DNA of 64,000 bases, filler included, from Sphacelaria rigidula (taxonomy: Eukaryota): the NCBI GenBank assembly GCA_964200075.2. It is 4 parts of 4 records of this genome, joined end to end, with 100 filler letters (N's around TTAATTAATTAA, not from the genome) between each part and the next. Parts side by side here need not be neighbours in the genome. Positions count along the whole stretch, not along the records: positions 48,219 to 64,000 come from CAXNAA020001595.1; 3 more parts are not named here. The stretch is one strand, 5' to 3'. This document shows positions 51,541 through 62,930 of the stretch, one piece after another. Both the position numbers and the translations under genes were made by a program. Each line of letters starts with the position of its first letter. Within the stretch, counting starts at the first letter, position 1. Under the pieces are notes generated by a model. That model did no database searches. It was not told the DNA's origin and saw nothing but the letters and a program-made list of their open reading frames with translations.

Positions 51541-53015
51541 GATGTTTGCTGTTGTGGTGAGCGCCGAGTTGGGTGCTGATGTCGAGGAGCAAGTCCTGAG
51601 GTGATTGAGTACTTGTTGAGAATGATGAACCACATTATCACTGGTATTCGCAAATCGTTTCGAGAATGATTGCAGCTTGTTATTGTGTGGTTTGTGGTCA
51701 TGTTTGCGCATGAAACATCGTTGCTGAGTGAGCATGATTGTATCGCGTGTGCAGGGTAAAATCATGGCGTACACGTGTATATTTGGCATGTGTGTGTTGT
51801 GCTGATCTGGTTGGCACGGACGACACATGGTGTTTGCTGCGAGAGAGGTCGTATTGCATGTGCTGGGTGAAAAGTTGGCATGCATGTTTGGAATTTTCGC
51901 TACAGTATGGTACTAGTGCGCATGGTATCTGGCGAAGAGTCAGGGTGAGGCAGTCCTCAATATGCTGCTGTAGGCTCGATGAGACGAACCTCGTATATTC
52001 CTGTTCACACAGACACGCGACGGAGTTCTCTTTGTGCAGTTTGTGGGTACCGATTGTAGGAGATGGTGATTGCTGCTGTTGGCGTGAACATGGGCAGTAA
52101 CTACGAAATGCGTAGGCTCGTATGTGCGCAAGGAAAACGCGAGTGTTTCTTGTGATTGAAGATGAGTAACCTTTAGCTATGGAACGTCTTGTAGGATAAT
52201 ATTTCATTTCCGTGAGGAAGGACTATATGGATGGAGTGTCCGTTTGTCTAAGAAAGCGGTGCTGGTGAGCTGCAAATCTGTTGGGATATGAGCTGCATTT
52301 TACATCGCGGTTAATCGACCGATGGGATATGACGGTCCTGGATACAAGTTGGGATATTATATCTGGGTGAGTTCTGGGGTGTACTCGGTAAATCAAATTT
52401 GAGAACGATGTCACCACGGGTGATCAATGATGGCGGAGGTCGAGATCCGTTTGTCGTTGTTGGATTGGTATGCATGGCTTGGAAAGCGGTTTGAGTCATT
52501 TTTTTTTTTTTATTATGCTCGTGTGTTGAGTGGCGCAATAAAGTTGTCAAGCATTCACGGAGAAGAGGTGTGCGATGCAGACGTTTTCACGGAGTTGAAC
52601 ATGCAAGAGACCAGCTGCATTCTAGACGTGTTGGATACTTATTTGATTCTAGTTTTAGGTATATTGCTTGGCTGTTGCATTCCGTCTGACGTTTGAGATT
52701 TTGCCGGTTTGGATTCAGGAGACTTGTTCGGGGCATGGGCTTGAGAATTGGGCGTCAGCTATCGCTCCGTGACTCGAAGCGATGCAAGTAGCGTGATTGC
52801 GTGTTCATGATGGACGTTTTGTATCTCTTGCGAGTTGTTCGGAAATTGGACAAGCTTGTGCGGCTGTCATCGCATACTGCGGTAGGGATTCCCACTCTAG
52901 GTTGACTACTTGTTGGTAGTAAGCGAGCTTTGGGGGTGCTGCAGACTCCGGGCAACATTGTTACCGTGGTTAGGTACATGACTGCAGTCGAAAAAATGCA
53001 TAGCAGGCGCTTCAA

Positions 53016-53453
53016 TACGGCACCCTACCAATTGGGGATGGATCTTTTATTGGGGATGAGAAACCCGGAGAATTAAAATCTTCGTATCCACACCAAATCT
53101 TCGAAGTATGGTTCCATGTCTTCACCTAGTGATAGCTATCGACAATTGCTACATGCCATACCAATTTGGATTTCGATCACCGGAATGTTGGGATCCTATG
53201 TGAAAAAACAAATCGGGAATCCCGGGTGTCTGAACGGACGCCTTAATGGTTCCGAAATTGTTTTTTCTCAGAGGACCCCAACATTTCGGTGATCGAAATC
53301 CACACTTGTATGGCGTGTAGCAGTTCTCAATAGCTATCAGTAGGTGAAGAAATGGAACCGTATTTCGAAGATTTGGTGTGGATACGAAGATTTGAGTTCT
53401 CCGGGTTTCTCATCCTCAATGAAAGACTCATCCCCAATTTGTAAGATCCCGTG
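53016..53453. mobile_element. Foldback MITE with ~200-bp inverted arms inserted in module copy 1
   Basis: 53026 TACCAATTGGGGATG..GAAACCCGGAGAA..CTTCGTATCCACACCAAATCTTCGAA mirrored up to CATCCCCAATTTGTA 53443; ~30-nt loop. Confidence 0.85.
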
Positions 53454-54274
53454 TTATGGGCTGGTTGATGGATAACGGGTCTGAGAGTATGATCGGTGGA
53501 CTCCATGATGTATGATGTTTGCACACGAGGTGCGCCGGCCACTTCTCGTTGTAGCGAAGACCGCTGTTTGTATAACTGCTTGAGTCTTGAAGTCTCTGGA
53601 GCCTGTGACAGGGAGGAAGCCTCTGGAGCAGCACTGTGACCTTATTCTGATTTCAGACAAGCCTACAAACTCGTGATATAGTCGAACTCTCCCCCGGTCT
53701 TCCCATCTATTCTGGACGCCGGTCTACATTTTTCTGTATATGTGGGCACACCAGCCTGGGTCACACAGGAAGAAGGTGAACACAGGAGTTGTTTTTAGGA
53801 CTCCACCTTTCTTCACCGGTGCTTGCCTTTATTTTTTATCGCGAGAGGGGTTCAGCAGCTCTTTTCCCTCGTCGACCTTCAAGTTGAATTGTGTGCTTGG
53901 GTGGCACAATCACGTGCTTGATCCTGAGTCTTGCCATGTCAAAACGTTTCGGCTGCCTCCCAAGCACAAAAACAGCGTCTCTTCCCGTAAACCAACACGA
54001 GCTTTGTCACTATGGCAACCACAGCACCTCTTTTCACGCAGTTCTCACCACATTTTGGAGTGCTTCGTAGACTCCTTGCCTGATGTCATCTTCTCAACAG
54101 CCTCCCATCATCGCAGTCGCCTTGGGTTTGTGTGGCCTGCGCCGTTCTCTCCACCGCTTCCTCCCCCCCCCTGTTATCCAACGTGAGCGTCCTCGGGTTC
54201 TATCTATTACACTGTGGGGTGCGACGTCAAAAACCTAATCCAGAAACCGACAGATTTCCTCAATACACATTTAT

Positions 54275-55145
54275 TGTAGACTTGTCTGATTTCAGAACAA
54301 GGTCACAGTGCTGCTCCAGAGGCTTCCTCCCTATCAAGGGCTCCAGAGACTACAAGACTACAGCTATCTTCCTTGAACCAGAAGTGATCCCTGCTTTGCT
54401 CTCTCTGCAAACACAAGATGTTACGCATTCAATAATGATCCTCCAATCCATTTCCACAAGATCCAACCTGATATCCACATGCTACTGTACTCCTCGTGCT
54501 AGAGAGGTGCTCCTGTACTTTCTCGATTGTGGGCCGAAAAGCAATTTCTGAAAAGCGAAGGTTCCACTTAGTTGTTGCCGCCAGACCAGCGCGTAGCTCG
54601 ACATACTCCTTGTACGCTCGAAGAACCTGCAGTGGTGAGTCGTTTGCGTCATACGAACGAGCAGAGCAAGCAAAGCGAGCTTGGGGCTCACCATGCTCAT
54701 GGCGGATCTATCTGCGCCAAAGAAATGGCGAGAGAAGGTTCAGGTGATTCGCAGGGGTGTATGCTTATGCTTGAAGGAGAGGTGGATGCCGGGTTGGCGG
54801 AGCTGCCGCCGGACCAGTGTGTAGCTGAGGTCACGCCTTACATGCTCGAAGCAGCAGAGGGGGGGGGGGTCTTATTCGCGTAATACAAGCGATGTAGACT
54901 CCAGTCACAATTGTTAGCTAGGGACATTTCTAGGTGGAGTTGCGGGTCTGGTTGACGAACTCTGTGATTGTGACCTCCATGACGAGTAGAGCCGGTTTTG
55001 CCACTCTGGTGGAGAGAGGCTATGGTCCTGTTCTCCTGTACTATGCTGAGGGTTGATACATAAGTAACTAAAGCTGCTGAAGCCCATGTGCCCGTGATGG
55101 GAAGAGTCCACATGGCAATCTGATCTTGAGTGACAGAAGTCTACA
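54275..55145. repeat. Internally deleted LTR-like module, copy 2 (TGTAGACTT...AAGTCTACA)
   Basis: Perfect 9-bp terminal inverted repeat with TG..CA ends; left end, part of the body and right end all match the other copies. Confidence 0.8.
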
Positions 55146-55735
55146 ATGAACGTTCATTAAGTCCGCTGACTAGCGGTAGGTCCGCTGAAAAGCAGCTGAC
55201 ACTTCAAGATAGGAAAGTCTGCAGGCCTGATCAGTTTGCAGCAAACAAGGCCAGCTCAAGGCGTGTTAACGTCGCGAGGAGTTGGAGAAATAGAGCCGAG
55301 GAGGTTCTGAGGCTGTGGTATCGCTCGTGCGAGAGTGCGGGGGGTTGACCGACAGCTGGCGAGCCCGCGCGCGTTCCAGAAAAAGCGGCGCAATTACCAT
55401 ACTGCCTGGTGGAGCCAGCGGGGTTTGAATGTTCCACGCTTGGCCAGGCACGGCCAGGAAGAGGAGTCTAAGGACTTCAAACGGTGACACCTGCGTGACG
55501 AAGAGGTGCTTTGGCCATTGTCGTTTGGTGGCCAAGCGCGTCTTGATATAAGGAGAGGGTTTTTGTTCCTGTGAGTGGGAGACGACTTCGTTTTTCAAAA
55601 AGACGTGTGGGGTGCTGTACTGCTGACCGAAATGTACGAGGTCAGGAGTATATCGCGGTGGATGACCATGTTGTTCGTGCGCCGTAACAATATGTTGTCA
55701 TCGATGATCGCGCTGTCCGTGTACGATTTCTGGAT

Positions 55736-56155
55736 ATGCCCTACTACGGTCGCAGGTTCTCAAGTGAAAAGTCTACTCAGTTTCTGCGGAAGTATGAAAA
55801 CTACCTTCGTAAGGTGCACGCAACGAACGTGCGTCAAGCACCCTGGCACGCTGTTGAGATTCCAGCGGTCTCTGACCTCTTGCCCGCCCATATCGAAAAC
55901 TGTCTATGTGACACATTTTTGGATGGTGCGAATGATGTCGGGCAAGAGAAATTGCTCTTTGCGCTGCGCAAGCATGGATCTTATGCATCGCCGAGTGTGG
56001 TGCAAGATAGTGTGAAGGTCGGCGGCGGTGGAGACAGGCACGACATTTTGACGGGCAAGACGGCGACACAACATAGGCTTGTCCGAGGGGACAGGCACGA
56101 GAGTGCTAGAGGCGCAAACCGGACAGAAGGTGGCGACTGTAGCGAGTATGGGTGA
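55736..56155 (+). pseudogene. Truncated gag-like ORF, divergent homologue of the 50290-48723 gag N-terminus
   Basis: PYYGRRFSSEKSTQFLRKY..V..N..VSDLLPAHIENCLCDTFLDG aligns by eye with PEYGRHFSGGASRRFKKKY..V..N..VTELVPKHIRVCVSRRVFDG. Confidence 0.65.
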
Positions 56156-56169
56156 TACTGCTGCTGCTG

Positions 56170-59007
56170 CTGGCAATGTTGAGAGGTTGTACTGGTGGGC
56201 GGAGGTCCCAGTCGCTTGTTGCCGCCGGACCAGCGCGTAGCTGGAGATACTCCTTGCATGCTCGAAGCTGCAGAGTGGTACTATTCGCGTATGGCGAGCG
56301 AGCAGGGTGAGCAAGGAGCTTGCCGTGCTCATGGTGAATCTATCTGCGCCAGTGACATGGCGGGATATCGTTCAGATGATTCGCAGGCGTGTCTACTTGA
56401 AGAACAGGTAGATGCCGGGTTGGCGGAATTGCCGCCGGGCCAGCACGTAGCTGTGGACACGCCTTGTATGATCGAAACAATAGGGGCGTGTGACCGACGT
56501 GAAGCGGGTACGCAGAGCGAGCTGCAAGCTCGTGATGCTGTTAGCAATCACTATTCTGACGGCGACGACGAGCGTCGCGTGGTGTTGGGATGGTCGTGTG
56601 CACTGCTGTATGCATGGACAGGTTTGGCGTGTTTGGCGGCGTTGATTGCGGTGTCTTTGCCGCTGTACGGTCAGGTGCTGGAGGAGGATGGCGTGATGCC
56701 ATCGGGAGGTGTTGCTGTGCGGGACTGTATGGATGTTCCCGTTTTGCCTCTTACTTCCTCTGTAAAAGCGACTGAAGAACGAGCGTTCGTGAGTGCGCAA
56801 GCATCTGTGGGGGCGGAGGATATGTCGCATTGGTTTGGCGGTGCGAGTATACCTTTAAGCGGCGTGTTCAGCGACACCATGGGGGTGCCAGGTGTAGCAA
56901 GACTGAGGGTGCAAGGACGGAGTGTCCGAGAGGAAACGCTGCTCTACGCTGTGCACGGGGTTGTGGTTCGAGTACTGCTGTTTCTCAGGAGCGGGCTGGA
57001 GGACTACAAACAAGGCATTACCTGAGGTGTTTGCTGTTGCGGTGAGAGCCGAGTTGGGTACTGATGTTGAGGAGCAAGTGCTGTGGTGATTGAGTGCTTG
57101 TTGAGAATGAGGAAACACATTACGACTGGTATTCGCGAATCGTTTTGAGAATGATTTCAGCTTGTTATCGTGTGGTTTGTGGTCATGCTTACGCATGAAA
57201 CATGGTTGTTGAGCGAGTATGATCGTATGGCGTGTGCAGGGTAAAATCCTGGCGTACACGTGTATATTTGGCATGTGTGTGTTGCGCTGATGTGGTCGGC
57301 ACGGACGATGCATGGTGTTTGATGCGAGAAAGGTGGCATTGAATGTGCTGAGTGAAATATTGACATGCATGTACGGATTTTCATACACTGAGCGGAATTT
57401 TGGCAGGCATGAGCGAATTTTTGCTCGAATGGTACTGATATGAACGGTATTTGGTGACGACCTAGGGTGGGTCAGTTTTCAATATACTGCTGTATGCTAA
57501 ATGAAGTGAAGCTCGTATGATCTTGTTCGCGTAGGAACACAGTCTCATCATATTTGTGCGGTTTGCACATACTGACTACAGGATATATGGATTGGGCTGC
57601 TAGCTAGAAAATGAGCTGAAATATACGAAATGCGTAGGCTCGTACCGACTGTAGGAGACGGTGACACCTGCTGTCAGCGTGATAATCAGCAAGAGCTATG
57701 AAATGCGTACGCTCGTCGTATGTGAGCAGGTATGACGCGAGTGCTTCCGGTGGTTGAAGATAAAGACATTATGCGGGCATGCATCAATGATCTTTCACCG
57801 TGGCACGTTTTTGTGTGGATTGTCAAGTGTTTGAACGAGCACGTGGTTGGTTTTTCGTTCATGTAAGAAGGAGCATGTGGATGATGCGTCCATTTGTTCA
57901 AAGAACTGGTGCAGGTGGACTGCAAGAGTGTTGAGAAAATCATTAGTTCTACATTTTGGCTGATGCACGGATAGGATATGACGGTCCAAGATCTAAACGA
58001 GATATAGAAATGTCTGGGATTTGCTCGAAAACAAGAGTTTGAGAACGAGATCACGAGAGATGATCGATGATGGCGGAGGTCGAGGTCCGTTCGCCGTCGT
58101 TGGTTTATAGTATGCATGACTTGAATAGCGGTTGAGTCATGGCTTTCCTTTGATTGTCTGACTAACATGATGGCAAGTTGAAGCATTGAAGCTTTGTCGG
58201 CGGGGAGGCATGCGATGCATACGTTTCTTACGGTGTTGCAGAAGCAAGAAGCCAGGCGCGTTTAGACGTGTTGGGTGCATGTTTCCTCCTAGCGTGAGGA
58301 TTTTGTATGATTTGGCTGTTGCACTCCGTTGCGCAGGTGTTGAACGTACAAAAAGTGCATTTTGTATGTTGAGAAGTACCTTGTCTCGGATGAGAGGGAC
58401 GATGAGTCACGAATGCTCTGGAGTTTGACGTTTGCTGACATTTCCGTTGTCGTGCCGATGAAGAGTCAAGAGACTTGTTTTGGGCGAAGATTTGAGAATT
58501 TCGCGCTAGCTATCGCTTTGTAAGTCGAAGTGGTGCAAGTAGCGTGATTGCATGTTCATGATGGACGATATTTTCTTGGAATCTCTTGCGATTTGTTCGG
58601 AAGTGGGGCAAGCTTGTATGGAGCTATTGTCGAAAGCAGCGGAAGAGATTGCTATTATTTGCGGAAACGACGGTACTATCAGGCAGCAATAATGTCTGAG
58701 TTTGTCAAGCTCTGATGTAACTACTTGTTGGTAGTAGAGAGCTTTGGGGGTGCTGTAGACCTAGCCACCATTGTTACCTAAGGTCAGGGACATTGTAGGT
58801 AGAGTTGCGGTTCTGATTGCCGAACTCTGTGATGGGTGACCTCCATGATGAGTAGAGCCGGTTTTGCTACTCTGGTGGAGAGAGGCTATGGTCCTGTTCT
58901 CCTGTACTATGGTGAGGGTTAATATATAACTGAAGCTGCTGAAGTCCATGTGCACGTGATGGGAGGAGTCCACATGGCAATCTGATCTTGATTGACAGAA
59001 GTCTACA
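56170..59007. repeat. LTR-like module, copy 3 (left end missing; ends GACAGAAGTCTACA)
   Basis: Diverged direct repeat of ~50860-52980 plus the right end; a further degenerate right end lies at ~59400-59853. Confidence 0.75.
56195..57025 (+). CDS. Hypothetical ORF inside the LTR-like module (copy 3), with an internal repeat and a hydrophobic segment
   Basis: 276 open codons; LPPDQRVAGDTPCMLE / LPPGQHVAVDTPCMIE repeat; hydrophobic VVLGWSCALLYAWTGLACLAALIAVSLPLY; homologous to 50890-51540. Confidence 0.35.
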   Translation: MGGGPSRLLPPDQRVAGDTPCMLEAAEWYYSRMASEQGEQGACRAHGESICASDMAGYRSDDSQACLLEEQVDAGLAELPPGQHVAVDTPCMIETIGACDRREAGTQSELQARDAVSNHYSDGDDERRVVLGWSCALLYAWTGLACLAALIAVSLPLYGQVLEEDGVMPSGGVAVRDCMDVPVLPLTSSVKATEERAFVSAQASVGAEDMSHWFGGASIPLSGVFSDTMGVPGVARLRVQGRSVREETLLYAVHGVVVRVLLFLRSGLEDYKQGIT

Positions 59008-62000
59008 TATCGCTGTAGGTCACCGTACCGCAGTGTAAAGTTGTAGAGTTCTGCGTTGCACTCTCTGTACTGCACTGGCTGTACCCTAGCACTGCAGTGG
59101 CCTGTGGTGCGCCGTGATGGATTGAAGTACAGCAGGTGCAATGAATTGTAGTGTACGGTACATACGGTGCCGCAGGGTATGATACAGTCAATGCTGCGCT
59201 GACCTGTGTATTTTCGGACTACACGCTGGTCGATCGCACAGTGGCAGCACAACCTGCAGCCGATTACTTCGAAAAAAACAATCCCGCGTCAAGCCACGTC
59301 ACATTAGCTTCCGGTATGAACTTGTTAGCGTCCACTCTGAAGTTTCAGCGCTTCCACTCTGCACTCTGACTCTATGATGAAGAAAAATATCTTCCGAACC
59401 TCTCTACTGTGTATGGAGCTATTATTTAAAACAGCGGTAGGGATGAATTGCTATCTTATGCGGAAAATGACGATACTACCAGGCAACAGTGATGTCTGAG
59501 TTTTTCAAGCTCTATTTTGACTACTTGTCGCCATCAAAATAAATGTGGGGGTGCTGTAGACTCTAGCTATCATTGTTGGCTAGGTTAGGGACTAGTAGGC
59601 GTTTACCGCTGCTTGATGTGATGAATCACGGGTCTGCGGATCTGATCGGTGGACTCTGGGAGTGTTTATCTCCATGATATGTAGGGTTACTTTTTCGACT
59701 CCATGGTAAGCGGGAAAGAGAGGCTCTGACCTCTTCTCCGGTACAATGAACAACTAAGGTTTAATACATGAATAACTAAAGCTGCTGAAATGCACGTGCC
59801 CATGATGAGAGGGGTCCATATAGCTGTCTGATCTTCAGTGACAAAGGTTTATAGTAGGTCTACCTTCTGTATCGCAATTCACCTGAGTTTTTAAACCACG
59901 ACAAGAGCACGACATAAGTTGAACACAAACAATACAAAACTACTTTTTTTCCAATACTCATTGCGCACGCTCATCGCAAAGTTACGGTGTAGCCAATATA
60001 TACATTGGGCACGCTCACGAAGGAATACATCGGGCGTTTTCGGCATCTGGTGATACATCTTTCAATGGCGCTCGAGAATACCAAAGTATATTCTACATTG
60101 ATTACTATCCACTTACTTTCCAATACATGTTAAACCAGTAATTTGTATATCTATAATATATACACCAAAGTTTCGGCGCCTGTGCCGCCACGATCAGTAG
60201 ATCGACATCCGAGTGCGTTGCGGAATGGCAAAGGTTATGGTTTGGAGAAGAAGCCGTAGCTGCTGACAGCTGAGTATGTAGTGCGTAACGAATTAAGTTT
60301 GAAAATGATGCCGATTCCAAAAATTAATATATTTGTCTCGTTTGTAGTCCGAAGAGGAACATAGATGTCCCGTTCACAGGGACACATGCAAAGGCTTAAC
60401 ATTGATAAACAACCAAGCACCATCTGTCATGCTACGAGAAGGGGGGTGTATTTTGAGCCGTTTTTTCCACGAAACTCTACGTGTAATCGTCGTTGATAGC
60501 AGCAACGGTAGCTCGAACGCGCTTGCTTCCGATTCGTAACGCTCATTCATACTGTTTGACATCGCTTTTACCCAAATACAAGCGCACCACGAGTGTGTTG
60601 GGTCATCTAGTGCACCTATGAGCCCATTTTTTCGTGGAATCGAACCCCCCCCCCCCTATCGTAGCAGTACAAGGCTCAAGCCGTAGCTGCTCATCACCTG
60701 AGCTGTGGGTGACCTTGCATATATCTGTCAAGAATTCAATGAGAAACGGTGATTCGTTCGAGACCCTCGAGTACCGGTGATAATAGTGTGCGTTGCGTAG
60801 TGGCACAGGTCATACTTCGAAGAAAACGCCGTAGCTGACCCCTGCTATAATGCAGCAGTACAATATGTCAACACCCTGAGTGCGAGCATATCCTGCGTTA
60901 CAAGCAGTGTAATGTGTCAGTACCCTGAGTGCGGGCATGTTGGAATTCGATGTGTGCGCCGAGGCACATATGGCACCGGTATCGAAAGCTGGAACGTACA
61001 TTTTTTATGCAGAGGAGCGTGTGCCGACGTGCAGACTGGTTTCGGCGACAAAGATGGAGGAGAATCAGTAGACGACGGACGGGTTAGATCTGGTTGAGCC
61101 TCCTGGACGAGTCACTTACTACAAACCAGAGTCAGAGTGCATCACGAAGGAGGACGTGTTTCATCACGGAAGGAAGCAGAGGGGGTACTGTTTGGGGAAG
61201 GAAGCAGAGTGGACATCGGCGAGGATGGGCGGTCGGGTTGGCCATTGACGTTGGTGAGGGCAGATCGGAATATTGCCGACTGAAATCTGGGATAGTAAAA
61301 ACCGGTACGCTACATCGTGAAAACGGTTACATGTGCGGTAGAGTAGCAGTTTGGACCGCCATACACGTGCAGGCTATTTCATCTAGCCGTTCACTTTGTG
61401 GGGTCGATGCTTGGCATGGGAAGCGAGAAAGAGGTAAATCGTATGAAGCCGCTGGCTGTTTGTTGTGCACCGGACAATCTCTCCAAAGACGTCTATTATG
61501 ATGATTCAGTGCCGACTTTCGCCGGCATACGTGGGTTGGCGTGGTTTAGCGGATTGTGCCACTTCATACAAAATTGCTCTTATACTCTCTGGGAGGATTC
61601 TAGCCCACGTTTTCGAACTTTCGTGCGCCCAGTTTGACTTTTGACCAGATAAATAATTTGTCGAACAGCCCACAAAAATTGTCACTCAAGTGAGCCAAAA
61701 ACAAGTCTGGGAGAGACCTCGAAGGTTTTTGTGGACTGTTTACCGTTTGAGAAATCAGCAAGACTTTTTCGAGGTGTCACAATCTGCAAAGCCTCGACCT
61801 GCTATTACTACCGTACTCCGTGGAAATTCGGCGCTGAATCGCCGAACAATACTGTATTGGTACTACGTACGACTTTCTTGGAGAAATTGTGTCCCTTTCC
61901 CTACTGAAATTTAATTTAAATTTTCGCGTGGTGATACTCGTAGTGTGACCCGTTTTTTCCGCACATCAACTACGTGCCGATATACTTAGTAGTCCTCCCT

Positions 62001-62213
62001 GTATCACGAGTGTTTCTTGAGTGTCAAAACGCGATGCACATCCCGCGAAAGCACCCACCACCTACACAAACGGTCAAAAACATCTCAGACGAAAGCAAAC
62101 ACCACCACCAAGTACAAATCCCGCGAAGCAATTCGCTCCATAGAGGAAAATTCACGCCAAATGCTGTCACGACGAGTAACAGTAGGTCGATTTACTACCT
62201 GTTGCCCATATTA

Positions 62214-62930
62214 AACCTTTGACCGCAAGAATAGATGGACATCTGTTCAATCAGCATCATTTCAACTTATGGAATGAGTACATAGGAACGGATTTTTTCC
62301 CGAACGAAAGGTCTTTCGTGATTTACATCAACACGGTCGAATCGTCCGAAACGACCGTCACCCCCCTGAAAGTCTGTAATCTGACGGAAATTTCGAAGTC
62401 ATCCTACGATAGGGGGGGCGGGGTATTTTGGGCCACTTCTTGCACGAAATTCCAAGCCAAATCGACGCTGAAATCAGGAACGGTTGATCGAACGAGCTTG
62501 TTATAGATAAATGACGCTCATTCATACCCATTGACACCGTTTTGAACCAAATACAAGCGCATCGCGAGTGTGGCAGGTAATCTGACACACTTATCAGTTT
62601 TTTTTTTCGTGCAATCAAATACCCTCCCCCCTATCGTAGGATGACTCTACGGTGCAAAAATATTTGAAATCGCTGAGGTCAGAACAGAGCTAAAATAAAT
62701 AATGTATCCAAATGAATAAAAATACAAATGCATATTTTCAGCCGTATCTCCTGGAAGGGGTGCGTCACCGATGTTTAATCTGATGAGCTGAATTCCCGTC
62801 AGATCACGGGCTTTCAGGGGGATGACGGCCGTTTCGGACGATTAGACCGCCTTTGTGTAAATAACAAAATACCTCCCGCTCAGAAAACATGTTATCATAG
62901 CCAGATTACCTACCCTCGCGGTCAAAGGGT
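62214..62930. mobile_element. Long-TIR MITE containing a nested MITE (62398-62645)
   Basis: Outer ACCTTTGACCGC ... GCGGTCAAAGGGT plus inverted arms 62335-62395 / 62790-62850; inner GTCATCCTACGATAGGGGG ... CCCCCTATCGTAGGATGAC, with a related copy at ~60426-60670. Confidence 0.75.

Larger units (their letters stand above)
50542..53667. repeat. ~3.1-kb LTR-like module, copy 1 (TATAGA...CCTACA) with homologous inverted ends
   Basis: Collinear with 54275-55145 and 56170-59007; left end 50542-50625 is an inverted homologue of ~53580-53667. Confidence 0.7.

Noticed and set aside
60105-60320. SDVDLLIV nucleotidyltransferase-like motif in a 71-aa ORF
   Set aside because: No upstream GS motif, no supporting exons and an AT-rich context; likely chance.
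60900-61640. Possible retroelement coding relic in short plus-strand ORFs
   Set aside because: Only vague resemblance and no diagnostic motif.
62779-62850. CTGATGAG followed by a stem as a hammerhead ribozyme
   Set aside because: No GAAA follows the stem, and the segment is the arm of a MITE.
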